NCBI GenBank assembly: GCA_030141605.1 | Contig: JAQGDQ010000575.1 | Location: forward strand, 73,229 to 137,228 | DNA from: Tubiluchus corallicola | Lineage: Eukaryota > Animalia > Priapulida | Reading direction: 5' to 3' | Length of the DNA: 64,000 nt | Shown: positions 47,361-64,000 of the stretch, in pieces | Numbering within the stretch: position 1 is the first letter of the stretch | How the letters are laid out: each line of letters opens with the position of its first letter | Made by a program: the position numbers and the translations under genes | The notes under the pieces: generated by a model | What the model saw: only the letters and a program-made list of their open reading frames with translations | What the model was told of the DNA's origin: nothing | The model's database searches: none

Positions 47361-48629
47361 ATTACGCGTTAGATTCCGTTCCCGCTACAAATATCAACAT
47401 TAAGCAGGCGTTGCCATTGAATGTTTGCAGCGTGACGAATTGAAAAAAAAAATCCGAAGTATTACATCTATATTGTACGTACCTTTAACTGACTTATCAT
47501 CTAATTATTCAAACGCATTTTTATTATAGTACTATACTTACGTTAAGTAGTTCCTATACAATTGCCAGGAAACCACGCGCACAAACTCTGCCTCTGAAAC
47601 CCAGGAAGCCAGTAATCCACATTAATGTTCTTGTAAGCGAGTCTTGGCTACTAGCAAGGATCAAGGCTGAAACAATTTTTAGGTAAAAATAGACAGACTT
47701 TTGCTTCAGCTGCAACCGGGTGTTGAAAGATTGTTAGTTTCTACACGCCTGGGAAGCTCACCCGCTAATGGTGGCTTATTTGTACTGGTGACACTGCTAA
47801 AATTGCATCCAAGACGCTTCTCATATACATTCTGTGTTTTTCTATCCTAATTGCCCCAAACTAGACGTCTGGCACTCAGAGTAAGGAGCTACTGTAGGAG
47901 AAAAAGAAAAATATGAATACGTGTTCAGAGAAATGGAATTTTTATAAGTAATTTGCTAATGATATGAAGAAATTGTCAACATTCTTCTTGAAACGGCACA
48001 AACTGTGAAGTTGTGATTAAAGGAAAACAATTTTCTGCTAAAGAATTTCATGGATAAGAAGTCGGGGGAATGGCCTACAAACTAGCAGCTCTGTGTAGTC
48101 TGTGGTTTATATCACGTAATAGATATGTTTATATGCACTTTTGAGTGTGCATTTTTTTGATACTTTCATTATATGTTGTCATACCATCAGGAAATACGAA
48201 AGGAAATACTTATCAAATTTTCTAACTGTCGTAATGAATTTCGACATGACCTCATTTTTCTAAAAGATCGAATTTACTTCTTTATGTAATTTAATTTATT
48301 TAATTTTTCGTCAACATGATATTTCTTTCACTAACCAATCATTCCACCCAAACTCAGTGAAACAATTAAAATGTACAGAGACACAAGTATAAAAAAACGA
48401 AAATGGAAATTCCTATTTGTTTAGTAAACCGTAGGAGTAATGTTTACAAAATAAACGCATTAAAAAATGACGTGTACAACAGAAATTAACTTACGTTTAC
48501 ATAATTTTAATTATAAAATTTCGGTTAGTACCAGTGGTAAAGAAAAGCCCTCTCTGTTTTACTGTTTACCTGAAACAAAGTACTGCGTGATTTAAAGGTA
48601 CAGGTTAAAATACAGGGAAAGAAGTTATA

Positions 48630-48900
48630 TTGGTTTCAGCCAACTGCCTGATCAACTGTTGTAGGCTAACTGTCATCCAACACTATGAGGAAAGTACATG
48701 CATTATTGATCATTAGTAGGCAAACAAGCAATAGTCGTGGGTAGCCTAGTAACTGGCTACCATTAGTGGTGAGCGGCAGCTGACAGAAGCAGCGGACTAG
48801 TGGTACGTCAAAGCAGTTTTCACAGAGGTCACTCCTCCATTTACTGGCTAGGCTGTGCGTTGCTTAACTTCAGTTCTAAGCACACACTGCGACCACTTAG
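48630..48900 (-). mobile_element. Degenerate 5S-related SINE fragment
   Basis: Minus strand reads CTGAAGTTAAGCAACGCACAGCCTAGCCAGTAAATGGAGGAGTGACC, resembling the 5S control region. Confidence 0.4.
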
Positions 48901-49818
48901 CTGTTACCTTACAGATAAAACCCTCTCCTTAGATGGTTGTCCGTAATAATGAGAAAGACCCCAGTCCTGCCACAATAAGTGGGTATTGTACTGTTGTAAC
49001 TTAGTACTGTAAGTAACTTAACAATTGGAGTTGAGCAGCACAGAAACCTGTCAGTAAATGGACTAGTGACTGACATGGAAATTTCTTCTACCAAGCCTAA
49101 TCCACTGTTTCTACCAGCTGTTGTCCGTCACTAGTGTTAACCCAACCACTAGGCTATCTATTATTAATGTACCCATGCACCAATAATCGATGATGCGCGA
49201 ACGTTCTACATAGCATAATGTTCAGTAGGCAGCTGGCAGAAACGACAGTAGTTTGAGATGTTATACTGCATTTCGTATTGTATTTGTGATGTATGTAGTA
49301 TTTGTTTGATTTAAATAGAGATGTCTGAGGTTTGTGAATATGTACATATAATAATTTGACATTCTTAATTCCAATTTTTTATATGCTTTATAAAGTTTTA
49401 CAGTGCTGAACATTAGAATGTGTTGTTCCCTGATTTCATGTATTAAAGTAAACATTTTAGAAAACAATCCCAATCACAGCACTTGTTTCTCAAATAAGTA
49501 ACATTAGGCCTGCTTACCATAGAAAATAGCAAAAAAAGTGACATCAACAAATTTACGGGTTTTGAATTCACAAAAAATACTCTTTAAAATCGTGTTCACA
49601 GGCCGAAACTAACAGTAAGATTACTCGACACAGCAAGCAGCTTGAAATGATTTTGAAATTTCAAAACTTAAATACACCTGTTGACAGGGGCATTGTGTGG
49701 GACATGTAAAGGTTAATTTATCACAACTAAATTAATTAAGTTTTCATAACGAATTACTTAAATGACATCTATGCGAGCATCAAAAGGCAAGAACTATTAT
49801 AATTTCACAATAGCTTTC

Positions 49819-50177
49819 TGTTGTGGAGTTTATTCTGGAATATTCCATTGTATAGTAGAACAATCTTCTTACCTTGTAGAAGTTTCTTGTAGAAGATTCT
49901 AGAACTTTCTAGTTAATTCCCTGGCACTGATATATAAGGCGGAGCTGGCCGCTGAAGTACATTCTCTGATTCTCTGATTCTCTCAAATTCTCTTGTATGC
50001 TCGTATTCTCAGATTCTCAGATGCGCTTCACGTTTCCAGATTATCACATTTACTGTGAACATTTCGCGTTCCTTCATACTTTTGTGTTGTAGAATTCTCG
50101 TATAATAAACTAGTTTAATTTGATGAAGTGTTTTCTGGTTTTCTCTACGAGCCTTCCGAGAGAAACAAAACACAACA
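49819..50177 (+). mobile_element. Solo LTR (359 bp) with 5-bp TSD
   Basis: TGTTGTG...CACAACA terminal inverted repeats; CTTTC at 49814-49818 and 50178-50182; TATATAA at about 49931 and AATAAA at about 50104 on the + strand. Confidence 0.88.
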
Positions 50178-50180
50178 CTT

Positions 50181-55658
<5,478 letters not shown>

Positions 55659-55891
55659 CCCGAAGCTGATATCTGGCTACGGAAAAAGCACAAAAAGCAA
55701 TTTCTGTTACCACTTAGACGTTAAGTAGGTACAAAACGTCATTCTAAAATTAATGCATTTATTTTCAGAGTTTCGGCAGCTTTTTTGTCATTGTCAAGTA
55801 GCTAAAATTTAATATCAACCTAAATTATTAATATGTAAAATAAACTCATGGTATGGCTTTTTAACATAGATTGTAACTAAGAAATTAATGA

Positions 55892-56529
55892 CAGGAGTGA
55901 GCAATCTTTACCAGAAAGCGAAATCGAATCGAATCGAATTTGTGACATTCGAGCTCGAGTCAAACCCAATTTCAACATTTTTGAATCCGAATCGAATTCG
56001 AATACAGTTTCAAAGACTTTCGAATAAATTTTAAAATCACTAATAAAGTCTCACAAAGATCATGCATATTGCTTGATTTTGTTCTGCAGAAAAAACTAAT
56101 ACCCATCTAATATCGATGTTTAAGATGGATTGGGCATATGCTTAGACTACCTGATGATAATCCAGTGAAGACAGCTCTTCAACAAGCCATAGAACCAGCT
56201 AAAAAACCTGCAGGAGGACAAACGTGAACAAATTTAGATTTTGCACAGAAAGATTTAAACACTTCAGCACTGATCCTTAAAAATAAATGCACTTGGGGCA
56301 TTGCAGTGAGTAGGGGGTGAACAGAATCATGTCCGTGGACGTATGGTTCATTGGATGATGAAAAACTAATAATTTGTTTAAGAATTGTGCACAGTAATGG
56401 CAGCTAAATTTTGCTGACTGTATGACGTTTCAAACGTTTCAATGATAAGGAACTTATGTAGTTGAAGTGCTGAATTATTCGAATCTATAATTTAAAAAAT
56501 CTGATTCGAACGTTCGATGTTCACCCCTA
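55892..56529 (+). mobile_element. hAT-like MITE (same family as 46577-46965) interrupted by an RTE fragment
   Basis: CAGGAGTGAGCAAT...GTTCACCCCTA termini and the same internal sequence. Confidence 0.75.
56102..56360 (+). mobile_element. 5'-truncated RTE-clade LINE with 11-bp TSD
   Basis: LRWIGHMLRLPDDNPVK (RTE-type LRWxGHxxR), short (TGA)n tail, AAAAACTAATA at 56091-56101 and 56361-56371. Confidence 0.8.
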
Positions 56530-57864
56530 AGCAATGGTATAAACACTCACTTAAAAGCTTTCCTTTCTTCTGTTTACGTCACCGTGTTTGTTAATTTTTG
56601 CAGTGATTTTTGTTATGAAAATATAGACTTATGCCTTCACATTGTTATCAAAGAAATACCTGTGTGGATTTAGTTTATGAAATTTTTTGTCGAATGATGT
56701 AAATGCTCAAATTTGTGACATCAGCATTCAATGAACTAACAATCTAATTAATTTTACGAATTAATAATTTATTTAGATTAATATTGCTGGTGGTACCGTA
56801 GTCTTTTTAAACGTTAGACACTTAAATAGTCCACAAGAAACCAAAACGTGTTTCATACTCGGGAGAAAAATGCGTTCAGTAGTGAAGCTTTTCATCCCAA
56901 TTTGATTAATCTGCATTTCTGGAAGTAGTTCATGACTTAACTGAACTTCAAAACCTGCAAGGTAAAAACTTAACTGTTAAAGTTGTTTAGACGAGTAAAA
57001 ATCAAAAGCAGCAATTTTTTTTACCTGTTTTAGGGCCAATATAGTCAAATAAGATTCACAATCTTCTGTTCACACTAAATCACAAAATAGCAATGTATAT
57101 TTCACATTAATTTTCAGACTTGGCGAATGATGAAAGGCCTTTTTTCATTCACCGTTCGAAATCCTAATATTTCGCTACGCACGAGAACAGCCCAAAAACA
57201 GGTAAATTCCCCGACTAACTTCTATAGTGCTAAAGTGTGACTGCGTTTGTTTTATTTACCAACATATCGAGATAGAGAGCTATTTAGCATAAGCAAAACA
57301 CTTGACAATTTCTAATACTTATGGTCAGTGCAAAGTCCAGAATGTGCAGTCAGATTGCGAATTAGCTATATTGTATACCTGTATTGAGTGGCAAATCTAC
57401 ATTACTTTGCGGGGTCCTGAAGCTTGACCTTTTATGACGACACCCCCCTCCCCCCATTCACAAGTACGAAAATCAAAACACGGTAACATCGACTAGGTCG
57501 AGGTGAGGTTTGCTGCCCTTATAAAATTTGGCCGACCATTTTTCTAGCTCTCCCGTCAGCAATGTAACCGCTGTTATATCCTTCAGCGAGACTTATGACG
57601 AATCCACGATTTTTTATTTGCTTGTTTTCTGAAAGTAATCAGGACATTTGCAAAAGCTTATTTTTGTCTAGATACCCCATAATGTTTAAAATGTGGTTAT
57701 TTTGTTCTAGTTAAAAAAGCAACAGTACATTTGTGCTGGGAAATACGTGAATGTGGAAGCAAAAAACTAAAATTTCAACGTAAAATCAGATTAATATGTC
57801 GACATTTTATTACTTTAGGCCTTAAAAATTTGCAATACATTTCGAGACATAAAATTGATTCTTT

Positions 57865-58178
57865 ATAATGTACCTTATGATTCCTGGGAGAAAATGGTGG
57901 CTTGATGATTTCTGCCAAATCTGCCTTCTCAAAGCTGCTGGTCTTGTCTTTAACACTTATGAACATATATAATGTACCTTATGATTCCCGGGAGGAAATG
58001 GTGGCTTGATTATTTCTGCCAAATCTGCCATCACAAAGCTGCTGGTCTTGTCTTTAACACTTATGAACAAATATAATGTACCTTATGATTCCTGGGAGGA
58101 AATGGTGGCTTGATTATTTCTGCCAAATCTGCCATCTCAAAGCTGCTGGCCTTGTCTTTGACACTTATGAACATATAT
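57865..58178. repeat. 104-bp tandem repeat, 3 copies
   Basis: ATAATGTACCTTATGATTCC at 57865, 57969 and 58073. Confidence 0.93.
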
Positions 58179-59104
58179 AAGTATGTCCTTACTAAGTAGA
58201 ACCATTTTTTCTTGCATATTTTACGATGCATTAGTAATGCATGGCATGCAAAGTGAAGCACTATTGTAATGAACTGCAATACAACGTTTGAATAATGCCG
58301 TAGATTAGGCGGTTGTTTCTTCTATCAAAATCAAATATCTGAACAGTCCTGTTAAGCCATGAAACCCATTGAGGCATGGTGATTGGTGATTACTGATGAC
58401 CTCTTTCCTTTCCACGTTTAATTTCTTTTACCAGTGGACAATCTCGTCAACGTGTGTTTATTCTGTGCTTTTTATATTAAAAAAGCTTAACGATAAATTG
58501 AGTCCTAGAATTCTAAATATTTTTCTTATAATATGCATGTATAGGTAAATAATTTGCACTTCTGAGAGACGACTGTCGACATTTATTAACTTCAGAATTC
58601 ATGAAAACTAACATTTAACAGAGCAAGTAAACTGATCTCCTGTTGCTGTTATAACTATATTAGTATTATCAAAAACATTTTGCAAAGCTATTAGCTCACA
58701 ACACTATATACGCTGCACATATAGTCTTAATATAGAAATTTTCAAGCAAACACACCAGTGGGGGGCTAATTATATGATGTATATATAGATCGATTTCTGT
58801 AGGTATGAGGAAACGTGAGAGAAGCGAGTCCGGAACCTACCTGTCCTAGTTTTATTCCGAGAATATAAACTAAGTTGCATAAAAAGGCCTTTATTAGTTA
58901 TTTATTGGTGCTGTCCATTTAAACTAGGCCTATACTCCTAACTTACTTGCTTGTAAAGTTTCATCGATTCGATGATGACGACTCCCTCTTCTGTGGATCA
59001 CCTGGTGGGCAATAAGCCCTATCCAGGAGACGCAAACTTTGGGACAACTGTCATAAGGGAGACCATTTTCATGGCAGGCGGCGGTTGTTGCTGTCTCTAA
59101 TTTC

Positions 59105-59360
59105 TATTGTATTTGTATTGTATTGTATTGCATTCTATTGTATTGCATTGTATTGCATTGCATTGCATTGTATTGTATTGCATTGCATTGCATTGCATTG
59201 CATTGCATTGCATTGCATTGCATTGCATTGCATTGTATTGTATTGCATTGCATTCAATGTAGCGTACCTTACCGCACTGCACTGTACTATACTGTACGGT
59301 ATGGTACTGTACTGTGTTGTGTTGGGTTGTGATGTGATGTGATGTGTTGTGTTGTGTTGT
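59105..59360. repeat. Pentamer microsatellite (TTGCA/TTGTA and variants)
   Basis: Seen directly. Confidence 0.95.
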
Positions 59361-59432
59361 ATGCATCAATAAACTTAATATAACTTATTACGTTATAAGA
59401 TGCTGTTGATCTCAAAAACTACAAGCAATGTC

Positions 59433-60705
59433 AAGAACAGCAATAAACACTTGTTCTGTATGTAAAGAACAGCAATAAACACGTGTTCTGTATGTCAAGA
59501 ACAGCAATAAACACTTGTTCTGTATGTCAAGAACAGCAATAAACACTTGTTCTGTATGTCAAGAACAGCAATAAACACTTGTTCTGTATGTAAAGAACAC
59601 CAATAAACACTTGTTCTGTATGTAAAGAACACCAATAAACACTTGTTCTGTATGTAAAGAACAGCGATAAACACTTCTTCTGTATGTAAAGAACAGCAAT
59701 AAACACTTGTTCTGTATGTAAAGAACAGCAATAAACACTTCTTCTGTATGTAAAGAACACCAATAAACACTTCTTCCGTATGTAAAGAACAGCAATAAAC
59801 ACTTGTTCTTTATGTAAAGAACAGCAATAAACACTTCTTCTGTATGTAAAGAACAGCAATAAACACTTCTTCCGTATGTAATGAACAGCGATAAACACTT
59901 CTTCCGTATGTAAAGAACAGCGATAAACACTTCTTCCGTATGTGAAGAACAGCGATAAATACTTCTTTTGTATTTAAAGAACAGCAATAAACACTTCTTC
60001 CGTATGTAAAGAACAGCGATAAACACTTTTTCTGTATGTAAAGAACAGCGATAAACACTTCTTCTGTATGTAAAGAACAGCGATAAACACTTCTTCTGTA
60101 TGTAAAGAACAGCAATAAACACTTCTTCTGTATGTAAAGAACAGCGATAAACACTTCTTCTGTATGTAAAGAACAGCGATAAACACTTCTTCCGTATGTA
60201 AAGAACAGCAATAAACACTTCTTCTGTATGTAAAGAACAGCAATAAACACTTCTTCTGTATGTAAAGAACAGCAATAAACACTTCTTCTGTATGTAAAGA
60301 GCAGCAATAAACACTTCTTCTGTATGTAAAGAGCACCAATAAACACTTCTTCTGTATGTAAAGACCAGCAATAAACACTTCTTCTGTATGTAAAGAACAG
60401 CGATAAACACTTCTTCTGTATGTAAAGAACAGCAATAAACACTTGTTCTGTATGTAAAGAACAACAATAAACACTTCTTCTGTATGTAAAGAACAGCAAT
60501 AAACACTTCTTCTGTATTTAAAGAACAGCAATAAACACTTCTTCTGTATGTAAAGAACAGCAATAAACACTTCTTCCGTATGTAAAGAACACCAATAAAC
60601 ACTTCTTCCGTATGTAAAGAGCAGCAATAAACACTTCTTCTGTATGTAAAGAACAGCAATAAACACTTCTTCTGTATGTAAAGAACAGCGATAAACACTT
60701 CTTCT
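59433..60705. repeat. 32-bp minisatellite (AAGAACAGCAATAAACACTTCTTCTGTATGTA), about 40 copies
   Basis: 32-bp period; explains the long repetitive minus-strand ORFs. Confidence 0.97.
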
Positions 60706-61334
60706 TTTCTTCTGTATAAAAATTCCATGTAATTGTGATTCAGCTTGATTTTTCCAAGTTCAGAACCACCAAGATTAATGGAAACAATTTTTGTCTTTTG
60801 AACTGACAACAAAATCTTGAGAAATAGCAGATCCAATTACACATCATATAATACAAAACTTGTATATGCTTTCTAAATGAAACACACTAGGCATATACAG
60901 TACATTCTATGCTAGTACGTGTAATGTGAATAGCATGCGGTATCACAACATACTATGGTAAACTAGCAATGATCGATAAGGCGCGAAAGCTCCACATAGT
61001 GTTCAACTGGCTTCGCAGCGACAGGCGTCCACTTTATCTGCACAAATGCCATTTATGGCAGTCTTGATCAACTCCAGCCCCAGGAGAGTCAATTCTTCAA
61101 TCATACTACGTCATTATTAATCAAAGCTTTGGGATTGCAAGTGAACTTGAGGACTGTGGTTCTACTAGTTGCGTATTTATGCAAACTGACAGTGACTTGG
61201 AGATTTCTTGAAATTTCCGAATACTGACATCTGTTGGAGTTTCACGGAATCGCTGTGTTGCCGAAATCTCCATTTGCTTGGGGAAATTTCGAATATAAAA
61301 TGAAAGTTTCAATTCCATAACGTCCTACGATCAT

Positions 61335-61665
61335 TGATCAAGTGTTTATTGGTCAAAAGCTACTGCCCAAGTGTCCACTGTCAAACTGCCCACTGTCTAA
61401 GTGTCCATTGCCCAAGTGTCCACCGTTCAACTGTCCACTACCCAAATGTCTTACTGCCTAAGTGTCCACTCCTGAAGGGCCACTACCCAAATGTCTACTA
61501 TTCGATTGTCCACTGCACAACTGCCTACTGCTCAAGTATCCATTCACCAAGTGTCCAATGTCCAACTGCCCACTGCCTAATTGTCCACCGCCCAACTGTC
61601 CACTACCCAAGTGTCTACTATTCCACTGCATAACTTTCTACTGATCAAGTGTCCACTGTCCAAAT
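61335..61665. repeat. Degenerate short-period tandem repeat (AAGTGTCCACTGCCC-like)
   Basis: Recurrent TGTCCACT/TGCCCA motifs. Confidence 0.8.
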
Positions 61666-63102
61666 GACGCAGAACATCCGCTACAATCCGTCGGACCGAT
61701 CAGATCTTGTCGCAAATCGCCGATTCATTGTATTTCAAAGGAGGTTCTGAAGCCCGTCCACCTGACAAAAACCAATTCTCACGGGAAGCCCAGTTCCCAA
61801 TTACTTCTGCACGGTGTATGTATTTATTTATTTGAATATACTACATGTATTAAAATTTCACATATTTTTTGAAGTTGAGGGGACAATGAAATTCAGTGGG
61901 CTTCAAAAATCAAGGAGTTTCTCTAAGCCCTAATCAGATCAGGCATGTAGTGGCTTCACTGTGGTTTTGCTTGCAATTGGACTTGGTTTCAGGTATTTTG
62001 ATACGGCCAAAGTTCACCGCATTGTCCCTTTCAGTAAGCCTACAAATGAGGCGCAAGGGGGACTCTGTTATTCTCAGATATCCTGGTCAATATTTAGATA
62101 ACAAACCCAGTTCACTAGATGACATGGATTCGCATTACATTATTATGTGTGTGCGCGCATTACGAAGACGCCACAGATCAACAACACTCACATTCAGCCA
62201 ACAGTGACCTTACATTGGCGTAATTAATACCCAGTCTTATGCAAACAGAGAAACCAAACCTAATTGGTCCCAATAACATCAGCGAAGGTATTTGATCAGC
62301 TGATAAACCTTCAGTCAACCTGGCTTCCCGTGTAAGCGAGTTTATCCACAACAGAATGAGCTGTCACCGGCGAAACCACGTGCGTCCCGCACGCATGCGC
62401 AGTTGACGAATTTGTTAGACGGCGCGTGATCATTCTCCACCGGAGTTCGGGATCTTAAATTCCAGATTTTAAAGATGGTAAATTCGGTAAGAGAGTAAAC
62501 TTTGCCGACTTGGAACAGTGGAACACATTGTCATTGTGTTTGTGGAAATGTGATTTGCTTACCAGTCGACGCCTGAACATTGATGTCTCTTATGTAAATT
62601 GCGAATGGAAATCGAAGTAAGAATTAAAGAGATTGCAAGATTGTTAGCGTCAAACTAGTAACTTGCTCGACGATGCACGGATATCCTCTAAAGGTACGTC
62701 CACAGCTATGCGGTTCTTACGGTGATAGTTGCTCCAGCAGGTGCGGCTGGTCCAGCAGGTCCGGCACAGATCCGGTTTGTTTTGTGCTTTTGTGGCAATC
62801 CGGTTAATCCGGTAAATCTAGTAACAGCAAGTACTGAATGTCCAGAGTGTGCAGCAAGGTGCAAATTATTTATGCTTAGTCATATTTTCTACGTCTTTCA
62901 GACACACTTCACTTATCCTTCCCACATTTTTTCTGCATATTTGTATTTGCGAGGAAGCTGGAGAGTGTACGACAACCAGTTTTGCAGAATGTGCGAAACG
63001 TGCGGTAGTTTCTTGTTATGCAAAGGTCGGTAAAAACAGTCAGTTTATGTGCTCTGCTTAAAACACACTTTCCGGACCTGGTATTGCCAGTTCAACTGTT
63101 GC

Positions 63103-64000
63103 TTGATCACTGCACATTTCACACATTCTGCACTGATCACTGCACATCTCACACATTGTACATTCTGTACTGGTCACTGCACATTTTACACATTGTACAT
63201 TCTGTACTGATCACCGCACATTTTACACATTGTACATTCTGTACTGGTTACTACACATTTTACACATTGTACATTCTGTAGTGGTCATTGCACATTTTAC
63301 ACTTGTACATTTTGTACTGGTCACTGCACATTTTACACATTGTACATTCTGCACTGATCACTGCACATCTCACACATTCTACATTCTATACTGGTCACTG
63401 CACATTTTATACAATTTACATTCTGCACTGATCGCTGCACATTTTACACATTGTACATTTTGTGCTGGTCACTGCACATTTTACACATTGTACATTCTGC
63501 ACTAATCACTGCACATTTTACACATTGTACATTCTGTACTGGTCACTGCACATTTTACGCATTGTAGATTCTGTACTGGTCACTGTACATTTTACACATT
63601 GTACATTCTGCACTGATCACTGCACATCTCGCGTATTCTACATTCTGCACTGATCGCTGCACATTTTACACATTGTACATTTTGTACTGATCACTGTACA
63701 TTTTACACATTGTACATTCTGTACTGATCACTGCACATTTTACACATTGTACATTCTGTACTGGTCACCGCACATTTTACACATTGTACATTCTGTACTG
63801 ATCACTGCACATTTTACACATTGTACATTCTGTATTGATCACTGCACATTTTACACATTGTAAATTCTGTACTGGTCACCGCACATTTTACACATTGTAC
63901 ATTCTGCACTGATCACTGCACATTTTACACATTGTACATTCTGTACTGATCACTGCACATTTTACACATTGTACATTCTGCACTGATCACTGCACATTTT
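63103..64000. repeat. 37-bp minisatellite (TGATCACTGCACATTTTACACATTGTACATTCTGTAC) running off the window end
   Basis: 37-bp period with some 25-bp shortened units. Confidence 0.96.

Noticed and set aside
59433-60705. CRISPR-like array (32-bp period; also the 30-, 31- and 37-bp arrays)
   Set aside because: Head-to-tail units with no unique spacers, no cas genes and a eukaryotic context: minisatellites.
59495-60836. Long repetitive ORFs up to 425 aa
   Set aside because: Stop-poor reading of the 32-bp minisatellite in several frames; no coding signal.

Overview
AT-rich, intron-containing animal (invertebrate-type) genomic DNA; the species cannot be named from the sequence. There are two main loci, both on the minus strand. 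(1) A tandem array of five cholinesterase-like carboxylesterases (about 7.5-44 kb). Each has three coding exons whose splice phases join in frame. The array includes two recent duplications (copies 1/2 and copies 3/4) plus a more diverged copy 5. All copies keep the Ser-Glu-His triad but lack the acetylcholinesterase choline-binding Trp and the GESAG Glu. The residue before the catalytic Ser varies (V/V/F/F/I) inside a DNA block that is near-identical across the five copies. Copies 1-2 end in a GPI-type hydrophobic tail, whereas copies 3-5 stop early and look secreted. (2) An adenylate cyclase type 9-like gene (50.2-55.7 kb, four coding exons) with an apparent 1-bp frameshift and a solo LTR inserted 3 bp past its stop codon. 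The rest is mobile DNA: 5S rRNA-derived SINEs (one almost completely deleted in the paralogous unit), tRNA-derived SINEs, a decayed Penelope-like RT at a duplication junction, LINE fragments, hAT- and Kolobok-like MITEs, and many micro- and minisatellites. Family assignments rest on motif recognition by eye, without database searches.
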